From positions 10,168,001 through 10,232,000 of the forward strand of contig JBHGNT010000011.1 of assembly GCA_043228905.1 (NCBI GenBank): a stretch of DNA of 64,000 nucleotides. Reading direction: 5' to 3'. The DNA comes from Azolla caroliniana (Eukaryota; Plantae; Polypodiophyta). The notes under the pieces were generated by a model. The model searched no databases. It was not told where the DNA came from and saw only the letters and a list, made by a program, of their open reading frames with translations. Both the position numbers and the translations under genes were made by a program. Each line of letters starts with the position of its first letter. Position 1 is the first letter of the stretch. Below are positions 1 through 12,400 of this stretch, piece by piece.

Positions 1-1097
1 GGATATTGGAACGACATATCGTCGTCTGATGTCGGTACACGGGCTGGTGGTGTCGGTGGTCTTTCCTCCTCCTCTGTCAGTATCGGAGATCTGTCCCGCT
101 CCTCTTTCGGTGTTGGAGGCCTCTCCTCTGCCACTTCCGGTGTCAGAGGTCTCTCGTCCTCGACTTCTGGTTCTGGTTCCGGAGTGTGTTCGACTTCTGG
201 CGCCGGAGGTTCCAGCATTATCAATTCTGGTTCCGGTGTCGGCAAAGTATCTGACTCCTCGTCCTCCGACTGTCTGGGGTGTCATTACTGCTGCGGTAGT
301 TCGTCTGCGTGTTATATTCCCCGTCCAGACCCGATTCAAATGCTGAAAATGCTTCGGATTCGCCTTCGCCCGCTGCCAATGCTTGGAGAAGGGATTCCGC
401 TTCCCGAAGACTGCTTAGGCTGCTTCCTTCGTCCGGGTAGTCATTTTGTTGTAAACGAAGTGACTCCTTGGCCACTCTCCGGATCACTTTGGAAAATGAG
501 CGATCCGCTCTGATTTCTTCTGCCGCTTGCTGGAAAGCCTCTCGCTTCCTCAGCCGTTCAGCAAGTCTCCTTGTTCGCTTTGTAACCGGGTCGTTCGTTG
601 GTCGCATCATCCATTCCCGCCGCTGCTCGCTGTGATTGTGCAAGAATTGTGGTCGCCAAAAACTGTGTTATTCCTTAGGTCCGGACAATGGTCTAACACA
701 GGGTGTCTACGGAAGACACTTCACCAAAGGGGTGTTACAGCGAGAAAACTTAAGACACAACGATTAAGCAGACTTAATTGGTTCCTTAAACAATATGGCA
801 TTAACTTAATACACGCGTAGGATATAACAATTAATATAGAACGGTAATCAATACGTGAAGATAAAACAAGAAGCTTATATTAATTCTCCGTTAAAGTTTT
901 ACATTGTAACCGGGCCTTTTTATAGGTCACCGGTGCTGCATACAAAACGGTGCCAACCGGCACCTGTTCGGAACCCGTCCGAATCCAGATCGGCATACCG
1001 ATTCTGGTCCGTCCGTTCACTACTTAATTATAATATATTCTGAATAACCATTCCCTTTCATATTCTGGTCTTTAACTCTTTTGTCGGCCGGGTAACA
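1..1097 (-). mobile_element. 5' end of a non-chromovirus Ty3/Gypsy LTR retrotransposon (5' LTR 666-1097, PBS, start of gag); relative of the 50630-60673 element, continues outside the window
   Basis: On the minus strand the LTR runs TGTTACCCGGCCG...TAACA and is followed by CAGTTTTTGGCGACCAC, as at 51088. ORF 221-643 (RPTNDPVTKRTRRLAERLRKREAFQQ) is homologous to ORF 51143-51370. Confidence 0.9.
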
Positions 1098-2990
1098 GTG
1101 TGCAGAAAGTCATTGCCATGGCAAATGAAAAACTTCGACGCTCCACCCATGAGAAGAACCTAGTTAGTCGATTTGGCTATAACGACTACATGGCATACCA
1201 CTATGCCTTTATGATGAAGGTGGTATATGTTCATGAACTGGAAAGCTTTGGCAAAGCCGCTAAAGATCCATGATGGATCGAAGCCATGAACAAGGATATG
1301 GATTTTCTCAGTAAGAATGAGACATGGGATCTTGTCCCCCACTTACCTCACAAGAAGGCAATTGGTTGCAGATGGATATACAAGGTGAAGTATAATGTCG
1401 AAGGCTCCGTCAACCGCTACAAAGCTCGTCTCGTAGAGAAAGGTTATGCACAGACACACGGTGTCGACTATGAAGAGGCCTTTACCCTGGTGCCAAAGAT
1501 GACAACTATTTGAACCGTGATTGCATTGGCACCAACAAAAGGGTGTCACCTTTATCGGATTGATGTAAACAATGCCTTTCTGCAAGCCGAATTAGAAGAG
1601 GAGGTATACATGGTCCAACCACTTGACTTCAAATTCAGGAATCATCTTAAAGCAGTTTGCCGACTAAAGACGCCGCTCTACAGCCTTAAGCAAGCACCAC
1701 GTGCTTGGCATTCGAAGATAACACAATATCTTCATGGAATCAGCTTCAGAATACCAAAATCTGACAACTCCCTCTGCGTAAGAAGAGATTCTTGAAGCTC
1801 AATTGTGATCATCCTATATGTGAATGATCTATTCATTGGAGGTGAGCATCTAGTTGACATCAACAAGGTCAAGTCCCTCCTCTCCAGCAAATTCAAGATG
1901 ATGGACAAGAAAGATCTCCACTACTTCCTCGGTATAAAAGTAATTCCACCCTGAACGACATCATGATCTCCCAACGATGCTACATCCTCAACTTGTTATA
2001 CAAGTTCGGGATGATTGAGTGCAAATATGTGGCAACCCCCTTCGATCAAAACCTAAAGCTAGATGTCAATTCTGGCACAGAAGAGTGTGAACCGACTCAC
2101 TATCGTTAGCTAGTTAGAAGCCTAATCTACTTGACCATTACTCGACCTGACCTTAGTTATCCGGTCGGCCTCCTTAGCCAATTCATGCAGACACCTTGCG
2201 AAATACATTTGGATTGTGCTAAGAGAATTCTTAGGTATATAAGTGGGATGATGGATTACGACATCCTCTACAAATCAGCCACACCAATTCAACTCGATGG
2301 GTACACAGATGCCGACTGGGCCAGCTATAGGGCTGATAGACAATCGACCTCAAGATTTGTTTTCTCCCTCGGGAGCGGAGCAATATCGTGTAGTAAAAAG
2401 CAGCCAACCGTTGCACTTTCAAGCACAGAGGTTGAATACAGGGGCGCAGTTGTGGCTGCATGTGAAGCTTAATTGAATCGTAAAAGACCTTGGCATCTCC
2501 ATCAACAATCCAATCTTCATCTAATGCGACAATCTTAGTAGCATCCACTTGGCTCGGAACCTAGTATTCCATGCTCGGACAAAGCACATCGAGGTGCACT
2601 ACCACTTCATCCGGGAACTTGTCATTGTTGGGGATGTCGACCTTCAACATATCAATATCAATCTTCAAACGACTGACATCTTTAGAAAAGCTTTGGGGAC
2701 CGAAAAGCTTCAACAATTTTCGATCGAGCTTGGCCTTTTGACCTCCAACTTGTCGAGCTTGAGGGGGAGTGATAGTCGAGCCGAAATCATCCGTCAGTTG
2801 ACTCCATCATGACATAGTTGTGCTTGAAGCGGCATGTTGAGATTCAAATTCAACCTAGTCTAATTTGCAAATACAACTTTTGAGAATGTATGAGCACTCA
2901 AAGGTCAAAGGTCACCACTAGTCTCTAACATTAATTATGTGTCATATAATTATATTCTATGACACATAACTAATGAGTTTCCACATTCCC
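1098..2990 (+). mobile_element. Decayed Ty1/Copia fragment (RT, RNase H, PPT, start of 3' LTR at about 2835)
   Basis: Motifs [36 protein letters not shown] and TKHIEVHYHF, with stops and frameshifts. The Gypsy at 1-1097 abuts it on the left. Confidence 0.9.
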
Positions 2991-3200
2991 TGTTGAAATA
3001 GGATCGTAGATCTACAAACAAAATGCGCTAAAACGTACAGGCGAAAAATGCAAAACAACAAAGTACACAATGATACACACAGTTTTACATGGAAATCCTA
3101 AATTGAGAAAACCACAGGGAACAGAGATCCACTATACAAGAGAATATAGAAAATGGTTACAAATCTTCTCTGATGATCTCAAAGGATAACCCACTTAGGG
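2991..3200 (-). mobile_element. Probable 3' part of a Copia-type LTR (fragment)
   Basis: Starts TGTTG on +, which is a CAACA end on -. It carries TTTACATGGAAATCC...GAAAACCAC, resembling the LTR motif at 43945-43985 and (inverted) at 42255-42295. Confidence 0.45.
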
Positions 3201-3204
3201 TTCT

Positions 3205-3750
3205 TAGCAAGTTAGCTATGGTCATATTCTGAGATAGCTAATTAGCTATTGTGGTAGCTAATTAGCTAATAATAGCTAAGTTAGCTATTACCAGTAGCTA
3301 GTTAGCTATGATCATATTCTGAGGTAGTTAATTAGCTATTGCAGTAACTAATTAGCTTATAATAGTTATGTTTAGTATTGGCAATAATTATTTAGCTATT
3401 ACCAGTAGCTAATTAGTTGTGGTAATATTCTGAGGTAGCTAATTAGCTATGGTCATATTCTGAGATAGCTAATTAGCTATTGTGGTAGCTAACTAGTTGA
3501 TAATAGATAAGTTAGCTATTATCAATCATTATTTAGCTATTACCAATAGCTAGCTAGCTATGGTCATATTCTGAGGTAGCTAATTAGCTATTGTGGTAGC
3601 TAATTAGATATGGTCATATTTTGAGATAGCTAATTAGCTATTCTGGTAGCTAATTAGCCCATAATAACAAAGTTAGCTATTGTCAATCACTATTTAGCTA
3701 TTACCAGTAGCTAGTTAGTTATGATCATATTCTAAGGTAGCTAATTCACT
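3205..3750. repeat. Tandem array built on the palindrome TAGCTAATTAGCTA with recurring linkers
   Basis: More than 20 perfect or degenerate TAGCTA(A/G)TTAGCTA units separated by a small set of re-used linkers (TGGTCATATTCTGAGG, TTGTGG, TTACCAG). Confidence 0.9.
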
Positions 3751-3800
3751 AACTAACTAAGCTTAAAAATCAAAACAAAAGTTGAGATAAATGTAAATAC

Positions 3801-4547
3801 CTGAGGTACATCGAGAAGATGAATGGGATGCTCCTCGTATTGACTCCTTCGAACACGTTTCTTGCATAAATCCTTCTTGTTGGGTGAAACCCTACTCTCA
3901 TTAGTCCAAAATATGGTGATTATATCCTTGATTTATGATGTTATGGGTGTGATTGGCTTACATCTTGTTGTTAGCTTTAACAAACTTGTTCATTGTATTG
4001 TATACAATTTTTCTACTAACACCAATTACCTTAGATAACACATTGATGTTAAGATCGTCAACATCACTATTAAGTAACATCATTAGACTAGACCTTTTTA
4101 AGACAATATCATCTTCTGACCTGCTCATGGATACAAAACTATTACGAAGATTATTTACTAGTACTGATGTTATGTTTGCATTAAGACCATCACAATCAAC
4201 TAACTCCTTTATCGATGGATCATTTAATATTCCATAAAGTACTACCTTCTTGTCGTCATTGCTGATGTGCTTGGTCTAAACATTGAAATAGTCTACAACC
4301 TTTCTCTCTATGATAGTAGTCTCATTACTTCCATTCTCATTGGTATTCAGACCTATATCGCAACCAATGTTATCCTTACCTTTAGTGAATGTGGCTTGCG
4401 TATCCTTCAACAATTGACAATGTTTCCTTATTTTTCTTCCCAATACTTTCGTATTGCTTGTTGTGTCTTGATAACGTCATCCCTATCTTGATAATCCATG
4501 AGGGGTATTGGTAATCACCCTCCTTCCCCTTCCATTTGGCTTGACAT
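3801..4547 (-). pseudogene. Decayed coding exon, possibly from a Sola-like DNA transposase
   Basis: The minus strand reads ...IFWTNESRVSPNKKDLCKKRVRRSQYEEHPIHLLDVPQ followed by a CAG|GTATTT donor. This resembles my recollection of the SRxxPxKKD motif of Sola2-type transposases. The upstream part has stops and frameshifts. Confidence 0.35.
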
Positions 4548-4800
4548 ATTCATTAGTAAATTTCCACACAAAAAAGGACACGTAGCTAGTTACTAAACCA
4601 CATGCAAACCGTTTATTCATAGGAGCAATCCCACCATTGGTAAGTTTATGTTTGTTGTAGCGAAGTGATAGCTACTCAACCACCATCAGGAACGAGCTAA
4701 GATGACTATGGGCAACACAAATACACAAAATTATTCCGCAATACACAACATTATACACAACAATACACAAGATAATCAACAAACGAAAGAGTTATTGCAA

Positions 4801-5042
4801 TCCAGGACCGAACAATGGCGGTAACGGAGTGTAGAATGGTGGCAATGGAGGAGTGAACTTCGTCGGATCAAACAATGGCAGCAATCTAGGACCGAACAGT
4901 GGTGGCAACTGAGTGTAGAATGGCGGCAATGGAGGAGTGAACTCCGTCGGATTGAGAAGTGGTGGCAAATCCAGGACCGAACAGTGGCGGCAATTGAGTG
5001 TAGAATGGTGACGATGGAGGAGTGAACTCCGTCAAATCGAAT
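4801..5042. repeat. About 3 tandem copies of an 84-85 bp unit
   Basis: Units start at 4801, 4885 and 4970 with TC(C/T)AGGACCGAACA and contain GAGTGTAGAATGG...GGAGGAGTGAACT. Confidence 0.9.
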
Positions 5043-5396
5043 TGTCATGAATGGGTGGAATGAGGCTAAGTACTAAGAGAGAGCAAGAGCATAAGCAAGA
5101 TCACAAGATTGTCAAGGACAAGTAGACGAGGCTCAATATTAAGAGATAGCGGGAGAGAGAGCATAGACAAGAGAACAAGCAAGAGAGAGGATAGACAAAT
5201 AAACAAGAACTGTATATGCTTTTGTAACTGGTGTTGTTCACCTTGATTGTAATCAAAGTGCACCTCAATATTTATACAAGAATGTGGAGGTATGCATGAA
5301 AGCTAGAAGACTTCTAGCTCTAGGAGGTTCTTGAAAGTTCTAGTGATCAATCTATAATGAAATAAGTTGAGTCTTACACAATACAATAATGTATAG

Positions 5397-5468
5397 ATGA
5401 ATGTAGCTCAATTGGTAAAGTTGCCCAATAAGACCAGAAGGTCATGGGTTCAACCCCCACCATTCCAT
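5397..5468 (+). other. tRNA-like A-box/B-box cassette inside a chromovirus LTR (antisense to the element)
   Basis: A box TAGCTCAATTGG (5404), B box GGTTCAACC (5447), T-stem ATGGG/CCCAC and partial acceptor stem GAATG/CATTC. The anticodon arm does not pair. Confidence 0.7.
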
Positions 5469-8400
5469 GTGGCATCCTGTCTATGATATTATCCTCCCTC
5501 TAAGGCCGCCTCCTTGGACCCGCGGCTGGTTTTTGTGGATAACCTTCATTAAATGCTCGAACTATGTCCGGGGCATGCTTGAGATGATGTGTCGGCTCCC
5601 ATGTTGCTCCGGAGATCGGGTACCCTTTCTAGAGGACAAGGTATTGAAGCTAGCGACGGAAGAGACGAGAGTCGAGAATTTGGTCGACCTCATATTCTTC
5701 TCCAGTTGAGATCTAGATTGGTGGTGGAGGAGATGGGTGTCGACTGGAGATTTCAGATATATGGCGAGGTTCTAGAAGGGAGATATGGAATACATTATGA
5801 ATACGAAAGTGGGATGGTAGCTCTAAACGGACAACCATGGAACCAAATTTCTCAATGATTCAGAAAGGGCTTAACTTCTTGTAATCAAGCTTCGAACAAC
5901 GACGAGTGGTGGCAATATTGCGACGGAGAAGCCAAACAAAGTCTCCTACCTCCAACTGGGGAGCATCTAAGCGATGATGGTCAGCTTGCTCCTTGTAGCA
6001 TTCGATAGCGAGGGTGAGCTCCAAAGAAAGATCGTGATGTACATCCTCCAAGAGAGGTGCCCGGTCCTCCGCAGAAGGATTGACAGAGTTAGAGGGAAGC
6101 GAAATGTTGAAGTGGGGGTGGATACCATAGTTGGCGAAAAATGGAGTAACTCCCGTAGATGCATACAGAGAGTTGTTGTAGGTGAACTCGGCAAGTGCGA
6201 GAAGGTCAACCCAGTTGTCTTGTTGGTAGCTAAGAGAGCACCGCAAGTATTGTTCCAAGATTTGGTTAACCCGTTCAGTTTGTCCATCGGTTTGCGGATG
6301 ATAAACGGAAGATAGATTCACAGTACAACCGAAGGTTTGCATAAGGCACCACCAGAAATTGGAAACTGTAAAAGAATACGTTGTGCGGAAGCATATGCGA
6401 AACACGGAGTACACAGTTTGGAGAACTCAAAAAACACAGAGATGGAAATGGAGATGAGAGACAGAGACAGAGAGAGCAGACAACTCAGTTCTATTTCAAA
6501 ATAATGACACTCTGTGTATATACACCATGCTCAGTGCGCACCTTTTATACAAGCCCTGACTATCGAGCTGACACAAGTACTGACAGTACTTGAATGCTCA
6601 TACCGATATGGTCACGTTATGCGTACTATTTTACGCACCGAGTCTACGGACTGGGTTATGCACCGTATTACGCACTCAATGTTGAGCTTGTTACTCAACA
6701 CTCCCCCTCAAGCTCAACTTGAGGTTCCGCCTGCTCCGCCAGATCTACGCTCTGGCTTCTCATGGCTCCACGCATCGCTCGCGCTCCTCGACCCGTTCGA
6801 TTCCGCGCACCTCAACCCTTTCGGTCGGCTTGTCTGCTCACACAGCCCTTCTCAACTTCCTTGTTGTTGCAGTGTTGGTGCCTCTTTTGCTGCCTTCTCT
6901 TCCGCTTAGCCCTTGGTTGATTCAGCGTATCCGAATCAAACATTCAAACCGACTCGGCTTCCTCCGATCGGTTTTCGCTTTCGTCCGAGTTGACTGTCTC
7001 CAACTCATCTTCGGTCTTCAGGCCCCTGACAACATGTCTTAGTCTTGGCCTTATCTCCCCCTATTTCGAGTGTCCTTGGCTCCCTCTTATGCTTACGGCC
7101 CTTGCTTACGGCTTCGGCTTCTTGAGCCGGTTTGAAGTCGAATTCTCCATCCGACTCTACATCACAGCGGAAGTGACCTCCGCTCCTTTCACGATCTTGT
7201 CCCTGTTCTTCCTTTCTCCCCCTGAAGTTCGTCGTGTCGAGGTGACGCATCCCAAGCTTACCCGAGAAATGTCGTAACTTGTCAAGACCAAGAGGTTTTG
7301 TGAAGATGTCGGCAATCTGCCGATCAGTCGAAACATGCACCAATTCGACTTCTCCTGAAAGGACCCGCTCGCGAGCAAAATGGTAATGCACCTCAATGTG
7401 CTTGGTCCAGGCGTGGAACACGGGGTTTTTCACAAGGTGGATACTACTGAGGTTGTCACAAAAGATCGTCGTCGGATCAGACACCTCTACTTGCAGATCT
7501 CGTAATAGCCGTTTTAGCCAAATGACTTCGCACGTAGCAACAGTCACCCCTCGATACTAGGCATCTGTGCTCGACGGTGCTACTGTCGGCTGCTTCTTGC
7601 TGCTCCATGCGATCGCCGCACTTCCTAGAGAGAATGCGTATCTAGATGTGGATCTACGATCGTGGGCGTTTCCAGCCCAATCGGCATCTGTGTAGCCAAC
7701 CAACTGTTCGGCTACGCCTGCTTGATAAAACAACGCCAAGTCTTTTGTGCCGCTGACATAACACAGTATCCCTTGCATGCACTGAAAGTGTTCGGTCGTA
7801 GGCTATGACATGAATTGACTGATTAAGCCGACCGGGTAGCTAAGATTCGGCCGAGTAATCGTCAAATAGATAAGGCTCCCGACAATCTGTCGGAACCGTG
7901 TTGGGTCGCATGCCTTTCCCGAATCTCGACGAAGCTTTGCGTTTCTATCCAGAGGGGTCGAGATGGGCTTACAGTTTTCCATCCCGAACTTGAAGAGCAT
8001 ATTCAGCACGTAATGACGTTGGCTGATAAATATGCCTTCGAGGGTACGGATCACTTCGATCCCGAGGAAGTAATGAAGGTCTCCGAGATCCTTCATTTCA
8101 AACGATGTTGCAAGCTAAGATTTCATGTGGCGGATTTCGTCAAGGTCGGCACCGGCGATGACTAAATCATCAACGTACAAGAGTAGCCTGACCAGTCCCT
8201 CTTGTCCTTGCCGAACAAATAGAGAAGAGTCTGATTTCGACGGCGCAAACCCCATCCTACACAACTATTGCGTAATCTTTGCGTTCCAAGCTCGTGGGGC
8301 TTGCTTTAGTCCGTATAAGGACTTCTTCAATTGGCAAATTGCCGAGGTGTTTTGTTCGGATAGAAATCCGGGGGGCTGTACCATGTACACATGATCCTCA

Positions 8401-11400
8401 AGATCACCTTGCAGGAACGCGTTCTTTACATCCATCTGATGTAAGTGCCACCCCTTCGCCGTGGCTACCGCAAGCAAGACTCGCATGGTAGTCATCTTCG
8501 CGACAGGCGTGAAGGTCTCGTCATAGTCCACACCGTGCTTCTGCGCGTAGCCTTTAGCTACTAAACGGGCCTTGTAGCAGTTGACAAAGCCATCGGTGTT
8601 GTATTTCACCTTATACACTCATCTGCAGCCGATCGGCTTGACACCCTTCGATGCGTCAACCAAGTCCCATGTCTCATTCTATGTTAAGGTGCGCATCTCT
8701 TCCTCCATTGCGGCACGCCAATTTGCGTCCTTCGCCGCTTCTGCGTAGCTCTCCGGCTCACGCACTTCCGCCACTCGCGTCATGTACGCGTAATGGTGCG
8801 CCATGTACTCATTATACCCGTATGTCTTTACGAGGTTCTTCTAGCGGGTGGATCGGCGTAATTCGTGATTACCCAATTTCGGTCAATTTCGACCTCTTCC
8901 ATGGAGGTTCCGTCTCGATTGGCTCGAGGTCAGATTCCCTTCGAATTGACTCGGCACTACCGAAATCGTATTCGGGCTTCTTCTTCTTCCCCTTCTCCTT
9001 GCGCATAAATCGTCTCCTCGGTTCATTACGTGGGGACATCACGGCCGACTCTCCACTACTCGTCGTCTCATCATCTAGTTGGCCATCTTGACCCAACCCC
9101 TCATTCGGCCCACTTAGCCGAAATGAGATCGGACTCTCTCTCAAAGCTCTGACATCCTCATCATGCGGAGGCTTTTCAGCCTCGCTAACTTCTTCCTCAG
9201 AATTCGGATTGGAGGTGAGGTCCGAAATCAGAGGAAAGTACCAGGATGCGGACTCGTCAAACACAGCGTCGCGGCTTACACGCGCTTGTTTGGTGCATGG
9301 GTTATAACACTTATAACCCTTCTGCTCGTCCGAATAGCCGGCCAAGATACACTTCTCGGCTTTCGCGTCCAGCTTCTTCCTTTTTTCCTTCGGCACGTGC
9401 ACATACGCGATGCTGCCGAAAATCCTCAAGTGTGCCAAGTTCGGCTTCTTCCCGAAATACAGCTCATGTGGCGACACTCCTCCATTAACAGAAGTCTGAT
9501 TCTGCAAGTACACAGTCGTCCTCACGGCTTCGGCCCAATAAAATTTCAGCATACGTTGTCTTCAAGCATTGCCCTGGCCGCTTCTTCAATTGTCTAATTC
9601 TTCCGCTTAGTTACGCCGTTCTGCTCCGGCGTATATCTACACGAGAATTCGCGTCGAATTCCCTCCTTCCATAGATAACAAGTGAACTGGTCGGAGAAGT
9701 ATTCCTTCCCGCCATCGGACCGTAGAAATTTGATCTTGCGCCCAGTTTCCCTTTCCGCGAGGCCCTTCACCTCCAAGAAACATGTGAATACTTCGCTCTT
9801 CTTCGCAATCCTGCATGCCCACGTGTGCTCAGTGAAGTCATCGATGAAGGTTACAAAGTAACAGCTTCCACCGAAGGTCACGTTCTGTGTCGAACCCCAC
9901 ACATCCGAATGGATCAAATCCAACGGACTTCGACTACGATTACGCTCATTGGGGAATGGAAGTCGGTGTTGTTTTCCCATCTAACAGGCTTCGCACACTT
10001 GGGCATTACGGCCCCAAATTTTTGGCAATCTGAAAACGATGTTCTTCGTCTACATCTCACGAAGCCGCAGGAAATTTTCGTGGCCGAACTGCCTGTGCCA
10101 CAGGTCGATATCCGACTCGACCCTTTGTCCTTTCGCGTACAATGCAGTTCTGGCTTGATTAGTGTCGAGGATAAACATCCTCCCTTCACGGCGCCCTTGC
10201 GCGATCACTTTGCCTTCCTCTTCGATGAAGCAGCGGAGATGCGTGAATCGAACTTGCATACCTTGGTCGACGATCTGTCCGACTGACACAAGGTTCTTTG
10301 TTATTGTCGGGACGTGCAACACGTTCATTAGCTTCCCTTTCTGCCCGACGTGGTTGAGGGGAACTTCGCCAACATGTTCGATGGTATGCAGAGTGTCGTC
10401 ACCGGTTTCGACCACTCCTCGTGATTCCGGCTTCTCCAAGTACGAGAACCATTCCTCATGGCTCGTCATATGATTTGACGCTCCGAATCCACATACCACA
10501 CCTCGCTCGATTTCGAGGTGTTCACGGCCATTGAATTGGCTTTATGCTTCATTACGAAAGCAGGACCTGCTCCATTTCCGGCTTGTTCGGAGCCCTCAAC
10601 GTAGTGCGATCTTTGACGCCTTCCTGCGTCTCTTCCGCTCGGTCCAGCTTTGTCCGAGTCGGCTTGTTTCTTCCAGCATCTGTCTCCCTGTGGCCTTTCT
10701 TGCCACAGTACCAGCAATCCGGCGCGATCTTCTCTTGCCGTCTTCCGGCACCGCCATGACTCCCCTTGCTTTCAGAGGGTTCGGAATTGCTTCCGGCATC
10801 TCGATTATGCTGTACATTTTGCTCTTTTCGGCCGCCTCCATTGCGTGCCGATCCGCCTCGTCCACCACGACCACGGGGCCTATCATCCTCTGTGTAAAGC
10901 ATCTTGCCATCGGTGTGCGCACTCATCGACGCACCCGCGTGGTTTTCTTCTACGAGCAACATTGACTGAAGCTCGAAAAACGAAGGTGTAATCTCCCTCG
11001 TGCAAACTGCCGTTCGGAAAGGTCCGAACTTTGATGCCAAGCCACCAAGACAAACCTGCACCATTTCATCTTCCTCGACGTTCACGTTGACGGAGGCGAG
11101 AGAGTCACAGATTTCTTTGATCTTGGTGGTGTAATCAGCCACCGACATATCTCTTTGTGGTACATTGCGGAGCTCCTGTCTGAGTTGCAGCTTTTTGGCC
11201 GTTGTGCTGGCAGCGAAAATCCTTTTGAGATTCGCCCACGCGTCCTTCGGCGTCTTGGCATCCCTAATATAGCTCAAAAGCTAATCGCTCACACAGGACA
11301 CGAAGCAATACAACACTCTGCTTGCCCTTTTTCTCAAGCCAGATAGTCCCTGTGTGTCGAGTCGGGTGCCACATCGTTTGCTCCTTCGACATAACTCTAG

Positions 11401-12323
11401 TAGCCATGGCCGAGCAGGTACTAGTGCATCTTGTAAGACCAAGATGCGTAGTTGCTTCTGTCAAGCTTTTCAGTCGGAAGTGAGCCACCCATTCCTCTAT
11501 CCATATTGTTGTTTTTTTCTTTTCCAAACAACTTCAACTCTGTTTTGTTGCAAGCTTTTCTTGCCAGCTGTAGAGGACTTTAACCGTCACGTTCTGATAC
11601 CATGTAAAAGAATATGTTGTGTGGAAGCGTATGCGAAACACAGAGTACACAGTTTGGAGAACTCAGAAAACACAGAGATGGAAATGGAGATGAGAGAGAG
11701 AGATAGAGAGAACAGACAACACAGTTCTATTTCAAAATAATGACACTCTGTGTATATACATCGTGCTCAGTGAGCACCTTTTATACAAACCCTGACTATC
11801 GGGTTGACACATGTACTGACAGTACTTGAATGCTCATAAATGAGCCTATTACACTAACTCCCAAAATTATTCCTTACGAGGAATACCATACTAACGGCCT
11901 TCCGGTTTGCGCACCGATACAGCCACATTATGCGTACTATTTTACGCACGCAGTCTACGCACTGGGTTACGCACTGTCAGGAACAGTACTAAGACAGAGA
12001 AGGACTTAGTACTAAAAGAAGTATTAGTACTAAGAGAGGTGAAGAACTCTCGAGAGAAGGAAAGAGTGAGTGAGAGGGAGAGAGAGAGAGTGTGTGTGTG
12101 TGTGTGATGATAAGAAAAGATATATATTATGTGAAGAAAATGTGCAGTAGCTAGGAGGCTTAAGACTGGCGTTGAACCGATTTGGTTTGAAATAATGCCT
12201 TGTGCCTCCTTTTATAGTGTTCTAAGGAATACTCCTGAAGTTTCTAGAATGTTCCAGAGAAATCTGGAATATACATCAATTTTCTATAATAAAACATAAA
12301 TCAAAATAATATTTTACGTATTA

Positions 12324-12395
12324 CAATGTATAATCTAATGGTCAAGAGCTCGACCCATGTAGCATAAGGTCATGGGTTCGAGTCTTGCCATATCA
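12324..12395 (+). other. tRNA-like A-box/B-box cassette at the U3 start of the chromovirus LTR (second copy at about 17543-17614)
   Basis: TAATCTAATGG (12331) and GGTTCGAGTC (12375) are 44 nt apart. The cassette is identical in both LTRs. Confidence 0.65.
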
Positions 12396-12400
12396 TGACA

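Noticed and set aside
3205-3750. CRISPR-like array of palindromic repeats
   Set aside because: The linkers are short and re-used rather than unique spacers, there are no cas genes, and the context is eukaryotic.
5397-5468. Functional tRNA gene (also at 12324, 17543, 45253 and 45390)
   Set aside because: The anticodon stems do not pair and the acceptor stems are incomplete. These are reported only as tRNA-like cassettes in LTRs.
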